Shown one piece after another: positions 17,902 to 26,295 of a stretch of 58,976 bases of DNA. The first letter of the stretch is position 1. Each line of letters opens with the position of its first letter. This DNA comes from Patescibacteria group bacterium. Lineage in GTDB: Bacteria > Patescibacteriota > Microgenomatia > UBA8517. A program made the position numbers and the translations under genes. The DNA lies in NCBI GenBank assembly GCA_038061225.1, contig JBBTZT010000003.1:1-58976 (forward strand). The letters run 5' to 3'. The notes under the pieces were generated by a model that searched no databases, was not told where the DNA came from, and was given only the letters and a program-made list of their open reading frames with translations.

Positions 17902-18951
17902 ATGTCAGATACTGCCTTTGAGGAGATAAACATTTTAAGTGATAAAGTTAATAAGTCTACTATTCCTGAAGATTTAAAAAAATCTGTTCTTGTCCGCTTA
18001 TCTCAACTCCAAAAGCTTACTAATTCACCTACTTTTTTGCCGGAATATGACAGAATGGATAGTTATATCGGATGGATTACAAATTTGCCGTGGTCACAAA
18101 AATCTGAGGATAACTTAGATTTAGTAAACGCCAAAAAGATATTAGATGAAAAACATTTCGGCTTAGATGATATTAAAGATCGAATTTTAGAATATCTTTC
18201 TGTTATGAAGCTTAAAAAAGAAAAAGGCGAGGCGGATGATATATATCGTGCCCCAATTCTATGTTTTGTGGGACTTGTTGGCACAGGAAAAACAACAATT
18301 GCTTATTCAATTGCAGAGGCACTGGGAAGAAAAATTGCTCGTATACCATTTGGAGGAATGGGAGATCCTTTAGATCTTCGTGGCCAAAGTAAAATGCATC
18401 CAGAAGCAGAACCAGGGAAAATTATTAAAGCCATGAGAGATACACAGTTTAAAAATTCTGTAATACTTCTTGACGAAATTGATAGAGTGACTGATTTAGG
18501 CCGAGCTTCCATTATGGGTGTTTTGGTTGAACTTTTAGATCCTGGACAAAACCATGCATTTAGTGATCATTATATAGATTATCCATTTGATCTTTCAGAA
18601 TGTATTTTTATAGCAACAGCAAATAACACAACAAATATATCAACGGCAGTAATGGATAGAATAGAACCTATTATGATGCCTTCTTATACCGATCTTGAAA
18701 AAATAACCATTGGAAAGAGATATGTTTTCCCTAAAGCTTTAAAAGACGCAGGACTTACTCCAGAGGTTTTACAAATTGATGATGAAGTTTGGGCAAACTT
18801 AGTTAGACCATTTGGTTATGATGCAGGTATTCGTACAATGGAAAGGACAATAGGAGGAGTAGTTCGTAAAGTTGCAAGGGCAATAGTTGAGGGAAAAGGA
18901 ACTTCATTCCATGTAACTACAACAAATGTAAAAGAATTCCTTCCTTTATAG
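17902..18951 (+). CDS. Lon-type AAA+ ATPase module without the N-domain or protease domain
   Basis: LDEKHFGLDDIKDRILEYL, Walker A GLVGTGKTT, Walker B LLDEID, LLDPGQN..F.DHY. The protein stops where the Lon protease domain would begin. Confidence 0.85.
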   Translation: MSDTAFEEINILSDKVNKSTIPEDLKKSVLVRLSQLQKLTNSPTFLPEYDRMDSYIGWITNLPWSQKSEDNLDLVNAKKILDEKHFGLDDIKDRILEYLSVMKLKKEKGEADDIYRAPILCFVGLVGTGKTTIAYSIAEALGRKIARIPFGGMGDPLDLRGQSKMHPEAEPGKIIKAMRDTQFKNSVILLDEIDRVTDLGRASIMGVLVELLDPGQNHAFSDHYIDYPFDLSECIFIATANNTTNISTAVMDRIEPIMMPSYTDLEKITIGKRYVFPKALKDAGLTPEVLQIDDEVWANLVRPFGYDAGIRTMERTIGGVVRKVARAIVEGKGTSFHVTTTNVKEFLPL

Positions 18952-18963
18952 TAAAATAATTAA

Positions 18964-19389
18964 ATGAAGTTTCTTATTATTGGTGATTCGCATGGGAACA
19001 TTGCAAATCTAAAACATGTCATGGGATTTGCAAAAAATATTAAAGCAAAAGCTGTAATTCATACTGGCGATTGGAATAATTTAAAAAGTGTAGAAACAGT
19101 TTTAGAGTATAAAATCCCACTTTATTCTTGTTTGGGAAATGCAGATATAGATCCAAGATTCGAGTTTAAAGAACTCGTAGAGTTTGAAATTGATAAGGTT
19201 AAAATTGGTTTGATTCACAATATAAAAAAAATAAAACAAGACAAAGACAAATTTGATTTTATTTTCTGTGGGCATAACCATCAACAAAGACAGATAAAAA
19301 ACATAGTAAATCCTGGAGCTTTAGAAAACGAAATTAACTTTGCAATTTTTGATACAAAAACTAAAATAGTAGAATTTATAAATGATTAA
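18964..19389 (+). CDS. YfcE/MJ0936-type metallophosphoesterase
   Basis: GDSHGN, HTGD, GNAD, H, GHNH, NPG motifs. Confidence 0.9.
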   Translation: MKFLIIGDSHGNIANLKHVMGFAKNIKAKAVIHTGDWNNLKSVETVLEYKIPLYSCLGNADIDPRFEFKELVEFEIDKVKIGLIHNIKKIKQDKDKFDFIFCGHNHQQRQIKNIVNPGALENEINFAIFDTKTKIVEFIND

Positions 19390-19996
19390 AAACATAATAT
19401 TTGATTTTGGAGGGGTGATATTTACAGATGATGATATAGGTGTTTTATTTGATAATGAGGAATTAAATCAAAGGTTTCAGACCGATCAAAAAACTCTTGA
19501 GAATGCTTGGACTAAATATTGGAGAGAAGTTGGAGAAAACAGAATGACAATTATCGAGTTTTACAATAGTCTTCAATATGAAATAATAGGAAAAGTTGAT
19601 GAAGACTTTTCTAGGGAACTTTTAAAAATATATAAAAAGAAAACACACACCCTAGAGCCATATAATTTATTACCTTTTTTAAAGAAAAAATACAATTTAT
19701 ATGCAATTACTAATATTTTTAAGGAAGGTTATGAATTTAAAAAAAATAAGTATAGACTCAACGACCTTTTCAAATTAATCATTGCTTCTTGTGAGGTTAA
19801 AATTTCAAAAGCAAATCCTGAAATTTTCCAGATATTATTAAACTTGACCAATATCATACCTGAAGAAAGTTTGTTTATTGACGATCGAGAAAAAAACACA
19901 ATTCAAGCAGAAAAAATGGGTTTCAAAATACTTTTGTATGACAATATTAAGAATCTTAAAGAAAAATTAAATAATTTTAATATTAAATATGATTAA
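19382..19996 (+). CDS. HAD-superfamily hydrolase
   Basis: IIFDFGGV motif I, ITN motif II, K..PEIF, FIDDR.KN motif IV. Confidence 0.9.
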   Translation: MIKNIIFDFGGVIFTDDDIGVLFDNEELNQRFQTDQKTLENAWTKYWREVGENRMTIIEFYNSLQYEIIGKVDEDFSRELLKIYKKKTHTLEPYNLLPFLKKKYNLYAITNIFKEGYEFKKNKYRLNDLFKLIIASCEVKISKANPEIFQILLNLTNIIPEESLFIDDREKNTIQAEKMGFKILLYDNIKNLKEKLNNFNIKYD

Positions 19997-20093
19997 ACTT
20001 GAAGCCTTACACAAACTTAAGGACAAAATGGAAAAGGAGAATTCTCTTTCTTGCGGTTTACAAAACAAAAACCGAAATGATAGAATTAATTAA
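19989..20093 (+). pseudogene. Probable 5' remnant of the original udg gene (34 aa ORF)
   Basis: MIKLEALHKLKDKMEKENSL aligns loosely with the UDG N-terminus MDKKQELLQIKLDMEADKYL. The start overlaps the HAD gene stop, and the stop forms TAATG with the LAGLIDADG start. Confidence 0.45.
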
Positions 20094-20974
20094 TGAAGGT
20101 CCAAAGTTTTACTCGAAATAGATTAAAGTATTCAGTAAATGAGAAATTTTTTAACAAATGGAGTTCGCAGATGGCATATATTTTAGGGTTTACCTATTCA
20201 GATGGAAATATTTACAAATCTACACTTGCTTGGGATATACAAAAAAGGGATAGAGAATTACTTGTAAAAATTAGAAGAGCAATGAATAGTAACCATCCTA
20301 TTAAAGAGAGGTCTCATTCAGTTAGATTAAGAATAAGCAATTTGAAGTTGATTAGTGGTGCAATTAAACGAGGTTTAATGGAAAAGAAGTCTAAAAGAAT
20401 GATCTTACCGTCTATTCCAACTAAATTTATATCACATTTTATGAGAGGTTTTTTGGATGGTGACGGTTGGGTTGTTTTAAGAAATGGTAGAAATGAAGCC
20501 GATATAGGGTTTGTTAGCGGTAATCAGAAGTTTTTAGAAAATGTCTCGTTAAGAATATTTGAAGAAACAGGAATTAAAGGTCATGTAAGGGCAAAATTTA
20601 AAATTACTCCCAATGGTTTTAGATCTACGACATATCTTATGGAATATTTTTCTAATAACGCTGTGAGGGTAGGTAATTGGATATATAGCCATCTTTCACA
20701 AAAGGATTTAAAATTAAGAAGAAAATATATGAAATATTTAAAAGCTGTGAAGTTATACGATTACATAAATTCAGGAAGTAGGGGTGTGAGAGTTGTTCAG
20801 AAAAAGATGAAAGATACAATGAGAAACATACTGCATAAATTTTATGTTGAGAATCATCTTAATGCAGTTCAGATTGCAAATATTCTAAAGGTTCACTCAT
20901 CGTCAATATATCGCTGGTTGGAAAAAACAGGGACAAGACATCCAATACATAGAAAGGAATTTATTAGTGGATAA
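20093..20974 (+). mobile_element. Free-standing double-motif LAGLIDADG homing endonuclease with a C-terminal HTH
   Basis: Motifs AYILGFTYSDG and HFMRGFLDGDG; C-terminal NAVQIANILKVHSSSIYRWL HTH. Candidate promoter TTTACA(20057)-18-TAGAAT(20081). Confidence 0.85.
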
Positions 20975-21584
20975 GAAACAAGAGTTATTGCAAATAAAAT
21001 TAGATATGGAAGCTGACAAGTACCTCCCATTGATTTCAAAACCTCAAGATATTATTCCAGGTGATGGAAATTCTGATGCTGAAATAGTTTTTATTGGAGA
21101 AGCTGGTGGATATAATGAATCTGTTCAGAGAAAACCGTTTGTCGGTCAGGCGGGAAAGTTATTAGATAAGTTATTAGAATTATCTGATATTAAAAGAGAG
21201 GATGTTTATATCACTAACATGGTAAAGACAAGACCTCCAAATAATAGAGATCCGTTACCAGATGAATTAAAGTCATATGAAAACTATCTTGATAGAGAAT
21301 TAAAAGTGATTAAACCAAAAGTTATAATAACTCTTGGACGATTTTCGATGGCAAAGTTTTTGCCAAACGTTTTTATAAGTGGAGTTCATGGCAAAAAATA
21401 TGAAGTATTATTTGATAATAGAAAGATAATTGTGGTTCCTATGTATCATCCGGCAGCATCGTTGAGAAATGGAAGCATTCTTGAACAAGAAAAGAAAGAT
21501 TTTATTAATTTAAAAACTATATTAACAGAGACTTTATCTCAAGAAGGTGATAAAATTGATCCAGTTCAATTGGAACTTATCTAA
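20967..21584 (+). CDS. udg: Uracil-DNA glycosylase family 4-like (no cysteines)
   Basis: FIGEAGG.NE....PFVGQAGKLL, VYITN.VK.RPPNNRDP, MYHPAA; GTG start with an upstream AGGA. Confidence 0.9.
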   Translation: MDKKQELLQIKLDMEADKYLPLISKPQDIIPGDGNSDAEIVFIGEAGGYNESVQRKPFVGQAGKLLDKLLELSDIKREDVYITNMVKTRPPNNRDPLPDELKSYENYLDRELKVIKPKVIITLGRFSMAKFLPNVFISGVHGKKYEVLFDNRKIIVVPMYHPAASLRNGSILEQEKKDFINLKTILTETLSQEGDKIDPVQLELI

Positions 21585-21615
21585 ATTGAACAAATTAGAA
21601 TATAAATTATAAAAT

Positions 21616-23280
21616 ATGCTTCGATTTATAGCCCTTTCGGGTACTACAGGAGTTACTGAAAATTTAAATGTCTATGAATACCTGCCTAGCGGCAAGGCTG
21701 GTCAAGATGAAATGATCATCCTTGATTGTGGCGTTGGATTCCCTGATCTTGAAATGCCGGGAGTGGATCTTGTTATTCCTGACTTTTCATATGTCGTCAA
21801 GAACCGCCATAAATTAAAAGGAATTGTTTTATCTCAAGGTCATGAGGATCATATAGGGGCTTTACCCTTTTTACTCCGTCAAGTAAATGCTCCAATTTAT
21901 TGTGCGCCACTTGTGACTGAATTTGTAACCGAAAAATTTAGAGATAATGGAATAACTGATTTTAAGATAAATACATTTGATCCAACTAAAGATACATTTC
22001 AAATTGGATCTTTTAAATTCTCACCATTTAGAGTCGCTCATTCAGTTCCTGATACAGTAGGTTTTGCAATTGAGACACCTGAGGGAAAAATTATGCATGT
22101 TCCAGAACATAAAATTGATCAACAATCTGTTGATGGAATGTCTTTTGATTTAACTCGGGCCAAGAAACTTTCTGAAGGAAATGTACTCTGTTTAATCTCT
22201 GATTGTTTGGGTTCAAATGAACCGGGATTTACTGATAGTGGGCAAGAAATAGAAGAAAGAATGTTTAATATTGCCAGTAGTTCAAATAAAGCACTTTTTA
22301 TGAGTGCGATGTCATCCTCAATTGGTAGGTTTCAACAAATGGTTAATGTTGCAGTACGTCTAAGAAGAAAAGTTGTTTTTGTAGGACGTTCCGTCCAGAA
22401 TAAAACTGAATCTGCACACAAGTTGGGATATTTAAAATATTTAGATGAACAAGTAGTTGACTTTAAAAAAGCTAGAAAAATGCATCCTAGAGACTTAATG
22501 TATATTATTGCTGGCTGTTATGGTCAAGTAGGCAGTTCTGTTTATAGATTGGCAACAGATGATGATGATAGAATTTCGGCTTCAGCTGGAGATACCTTTA
22601 TTTTTTCAGCCAATCCTGCCCCTCCTTATTCAAAAGAAAGCCAGGATTTTGTAATCGATGAACTTATAGATCGTGGGGTTGATGTTCATTATTATGATCT
22701 TAAAGAAAGGCTCCATGTCTCAGGCCATGGTGGACAAGAAGATATAAAAATGCTTTTTAATATCACAAAACCTAAATATTTTATCCCTACAGGTGGAACT
22801 ATAAAACATATGTATTCCTATGAAAAACTAGTCGTATCGGAAGGAAAAGCAAAAAATAATGTTTTCAAACTAAAACCGGGTGACTCTATTGAGTTTAAAA
22901 ATGGTCAAGCTACAAGAGGTCAAAAAATTTCGGTAAAAGAAGTTATGGTTCATGGTCTTGGAATTGGAGATATTGGAAAAACAGTGCTTGAGCATAGAAC
23001 TTTACTTGGAAAACAAGGAATGGTTGTTGTGGTACTTAAAGCAACTAAACATGGAAAAATATTGGATAGACCTGAAATAGTAAGTCGTGGATTTGTATTT
23101 GAAGGAATTTCTGGAGGACTTTTAAACGATTCAATCCAAAGGTTAATGAAACACCTAAGAACTCACAATGATCTAAATTCTAAAAAAATTAAAGATGAAA
23201 CAATTAAATTTTTAGAAGGTTATTTTTTCAAATCTACAGGTAGAAGCCCAATGATTCTCCCCATTGTTGTAGAAGTTTGA
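21616..23280 (+). CDS. rnj: Ribonuclease J
   Basis: DCGVGFP, GHEDHIGALP, HSVPD, beta-CASP domain, HVSGHG. Confidence 0.93.
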   Translation: MLRFIALSGTTGVTENLNVYEYLPSGKAGQDEMIILDCGVGFPDLEMPGVDLVIPDFSYVVKNRHKLKGIVLSQGHEDHIGALPFLLRQVNAPIYCAPLVTEFVTEKFRDNGITDFKINTFDPTKDTFQIGSFKFSPFRVAHSVPDTVGFAIETPEGKIMHVPEHKIDQQSVDGMSFDLTRAKKLSEGNVLCLISDCLGSNEPGFTDSGQEIEERMFNIASSSNKALFMSAMSSSIGRFQQMVNVAVRLRRKVVFVGRSVQNKTESAHKLGYLKYLDEQVVDFKKARKMHPRDLMYIIAGCYGQVGSSVYRLATDDDDRISASAGDTFIFSANPAPPYSKESQDFVIDELIDRGVDVHYYDLKERLHVSGHGGQEDIKMLFNITKPKYFIPTGGTIKHMYSYEKLVVSEGKAKNNVFKLKPGDSIEFKNGQATRGQKISVKEVMVHGLGIGDIGKTVLEHRTLLGKQGMVVVVLKATKHGKILDRPEIVSRGFVFEGISGGLLNDSIQRLMKHLRTHNDLNSKKIKDETIKFLEGYFFKSTGRSPMILPIVVEV

Positions 23281-23298
23281 TATGATGTATTTATACAT

Positions 23299-25410
23299 AT
23301 GGCAAGAAAACACAAAAGAAGAGCCGACAAAAGAGCTTTTAGGTTAAAATTAAAACCTCAAACAATTGCTTCAATTGCGCAGGTATTCTTTTTTGCTTTA
23401 GCTGGACTTATCATTATTTCATTTTCTAGAAGAGGTTTAGCTTTAGTTCGCGTTAATGATTTAATGATGGATATTTTTGGTTGGTCAACAATTTTCTTGC
23501 CGTTTATCTTTTTATCCTTTGCCTTTTTAGTAAGTAAAATTAAAAACCCCCTTTCTCAACCAAATGTTATTGTTGGCTCAATGCTTATCTTTTTATCTTT
23601 AGCTGGAATTGGCAAATCTGGGAATCTTGGACTTGCCTTTTGGGATGGGGTGTCAACATTAGTAACACCTTTTGGAGCGGTAATTGTTTTTTTTGGGATT
23701 ATATTAACAGGGCTTGTTATTCTTTTTAATACTTCTTTTGATCAAGTTTTTAAAATTTTTAAAAATATTTATTCTACTATTAATGCATATATTTTTGGTC
23801 AGAAATCAGCCGGTGGTGGAAGAATATTTCCTCGTAAAGATTTTAAAATTTCTGGTAGTGATTCAGCCTCTCCTGTAATTAAAAAGAATAAAGAAACTTA
23901 TGAAAATTCGAAAACAAATTATGAAAATTCGCAAGCGAATTTAGAAGAAAAACTGATTAGTAATGTTAAGGGAGAAGAAGCTATTTGGAAATATCCACCA
24001 CTAGATTTACTTTCTGACGAACAGATAGGTAAAGTTGATAGAGGTGATATAAATGGCAATGCAGATACAATTGAAAAAACTTTGGAATCGTTTGGGATTA
24101 CAGCAAATATAGTTGAAGTAAATTTGGGTCCTGCTGTAACTCAGTACGCAATTCAAGTTGCCTTAGGTACCAAATTATCTAAAATTACGGCTCTTGAGCG
24201 TGATTTAGCTCTCGCTCTTTCAGCTCCAACCGGAACAATTAGAATTGAAGCTCCTATTCCAGGACGTAATTTAGTTGGTATCGAACTTCCAAACAAATCA
24301 CCTGAATTTGTACCATTAAAGAGAATTCTAGAATCTGAACAAATGAATTTAATGAAATCAAAACTTGCGGTTACCTTAGGTCTTGATGTTTCTGGAAAAC
24401 CAGTAATTGCAGACATTGGTAGAATGCCACATATTTTAATCGCAGGACAAACAGGGTCAGGAAAATCAGTTTGTATCAATACATTCTTAGCCTCAATTCT
24501 CTTTCGAGCTAGTCCTTCTGAAGTTAAGTTTATAATGGTTGATCCAAAAAGAGTTGAGCTTACTGGATATAATGACATTCCTCATCTTCTTTCACCCGTG
24601 ATTGTTGATACAAATAAAATATTATCTGCACTTCGTTGGTTGACTAGAGAAATGGATAGAAGATATGAATTATTTGCTTCAGCTGGAGCTAAAAATATTG
24701 ATTCATATAACGAAATGAGCGGTTTTCAAGCCCTTCCATTTATAGTTTTATTAATTGATGAATTGGCAGATGTTATGCTTTTGTCTCCAGTTGAGGTTGA
24801 AGATGCAATTACAAGAATTGCCCAAATGAGTCGTGCTGTTGGAATACACATGGTTCTTGCCACACAAAGACCATCAGTGAATGTTATAACAGGTTTAATT
24901 AAAGCAAATATTCCAACCAGAGTTGCTTTTGCAGTTTCCTCCCAGATTGATTCAAGAGTTATTATGGATATTCAAGGAGCAGAAAAACTTCTTGGAATGG
25001 GAGACATGTTATATCTTCCTCCAGATCAAGCAAAACCAGCCAGAATTCAAGGAGCTTTTGTTAATGAAGCGGAAATTAAAAAATTAGTTAATTTTATCAA
25101 AAACCAAGGTGCCCCCGTTCAATATACTAGTGAGATTACAACAATGACTAAATCAGGTAAACCGGCAGTTCCAGGTGTTATGGGTGATACAGACGATCTT
25201 TTTTCAGAAGCTGTCAAAGTAGTTTGCCAGTATGACAGAGCTTCTGCATCACTTCTTCAAAGACGTCTATCAATTGGATATGCTAGAGCCGCAAGGGTTG
25301 TTGATCAATTGCAAGATGCTGGAGTTATTGCCCCATCTGATGGTTCCTCAAAACCACGTGAGGTACTAATTAAAAATGCAGATGATTTTTTAAGTCAATT
25401 CTCAAAATAG
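23299..25410 (+). CDS. ftsK: DNA translocase FtsK/SpoIIIE
   Basis: N-terminal TM helices, PHILIAGQTGSGKS, IDELAD, LATQRPS, gamma domain ASASLLQRRLSIGYARAAR. Confidence 0.97.
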   Translation: MARKHKRRADKRAFRLKLKPQTIASIAQVFFFALAGLIIISFSRRGLALVRVNDLMMDIFGWSTIFLPFIFLSFAFLVSKIKNPLSQPNVIVGSMLIFLSLAGIGKSGNLGLAFWDGVSTLVTPFGAVIVFFGIILTGLVILFNTSFDQVFKIFKNIYSTINAYIFGQKSAGGGRIFPRKDFKISGSDSASPVIKKNKETYENSKTNYENSQANLEEKLISNVKGEEAIWKYPPLDLLSDEQIGKVDRGDINGNADTIEKTLESFGITANIVEVNLGPAVTQYAIQVALGTKLSKITALERDLALALSAPTGTIRIEAPIPGRNLVGIELPNKSPEFVPLKRILESEQMNLMKSKLAVTLGLDVSGKPVIADIGRMPHILIAGQTGSGKSVCINTFLASILFRASPSEVKFIMVDPKRVELTGYNDIPHLLSPVIVDTNKILSALRWLTREMDRRYELFASAGAKNIDSYNEMSGFQALPFIVLLIDELADVMLLSPVEVEDAITRIAQMSRAVGIHMVLATQRPSVNVITGLIKANIPTRVAFAVSSQIDSRVIMDIQGAEKLLGMGDMLYLPPDQAKPARIQGAFVNEAEIKKLVNFIKNQGAPVQYTSEITTMTKSGKPAVPGVMGDTDDLFSEAVKVVCQYDRASASLLQRRLSIGYARAARVVDQLQDAGVIAPSDGSSKPREVLIKNADDFLSQFSK

Positions 25411-25411
25411 T

Positions 25412-26032
25412 ATGATTACCGTAGGGGAAATTTTAAAAGAAGCTCGTCTCAAGAAAAAATTGTCTCTCTCAAATCTTGAAAAGGAAACAAAGATCAAAAA
25501 AGAATTTATCGATTTAATTGAAAATAATTCGTGGGATAAATTACCTGATTACCCAGTTGTTTCTGGATTTGTTAAAAACCTAGCTGACTTTTTGGATATT
25601 TCAGCAGAAACTACAAATGCAATATTAAGAAGAGATTATTTGCCAAAAAAACTTCATATAAATCCTAAACCTGATATAGGATCAAAATTTTATTGGTCTC
25701 CTAAATTAACTTTTGTAACTAGTATTTCACTATTAACTTTACTAGTTTTAAGTTATCTAGGGTTTGAATATTTAAAGTTTATTAAACCCCCAGAACTTGA
25801 AATATATAATCCAAAAAATAATGAAATAGTTCTTGAAAATAAAATAAAAATAATCGGTAAAACAACAACAGACGTAATTTTAACAGTCAATAATCAACCC
25901 ATTCTTCTTGATCAGGAGGGAAATTTCCAAACAGAAATAGAAATTACAAAAGATACAAGAAATTTATTATTTAAAGCAATTTCAAGATCAGGTAAAATAA
26001 CTGAGAAAAAAGTTGAAATTAATGTAGAATAA
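25412..26032 (+). CDS. RodZ-like HTH-TM protein with a C-terminal Ig-like domain
   Basis: TVGEILKEAR...LE..TKI...FI..IE...GFVKNLA; TM; PPELEI.NP...; follows ftsK. Confidence 0.75.
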   Translation: MITVGEILKEARLKKKLSLSNLEKETKIKKEFIDLIENNSWDKLPDYPVVSGFVKNLADFLDISAETTNAILRRDYLPKKLHINPKPDIGSKFYWSPKLTFVTSISLLTLLVLSYLGFEYLKFIKPPELEIYNPKNNEIVLENKIKIIGKTTTDVILTVNNQPILLDQEGNFQTEIEITKDTRNLLFKAISRSGKITEKKVEINVE

Positions 26033-26036
26033 ATAT

Positions 26037-26273
26037 ATGGATAGCGTACAAAGATTATTGGTTGTAGTAGTTGTTTCACTAACAGTTCTTTTAGTAATTG
26101 TTGGTATTCAAGTCGTTTTTATTATTTTAGACTTAAGAAAATCTGTAAAAAGATTAAATTCGATTTTAGAAGATGCAGTTTTAGGTGGTGGTTTAATTAG
26201 ACCTGATAAATTAACTGGAATTGCAGAAATGTTTAAAAGAGATAAAACTATAGAAACTCACGGACAAGAATAA
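26037..26273 (+). CDS. Small single-TM protein
   Basis: Long hydrophobic N-terminus followed by an amphipathic helix; tightly packed in the operon. Confidence 0.7.
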   Translation: MDSVQRLLVVVVVSLTVLLVIVGIQVVFIILDLRKSVKRLNSILEDAVLGGGLIRPDKLTGIAEMFKRDKTIETHGQE

Positions 26274-26295
26274 ATATTTTTGATATACTTCATTC

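Noticed and set aside
20048-20974. Group I intron or intein hosting the LAGLIDADG gene
   Set aside because: Only about 45 nt precede the ORF and none follow it, leaving no space for a ribozyme core. There is no in-frame fusion and no C/S...HN splice motifs.
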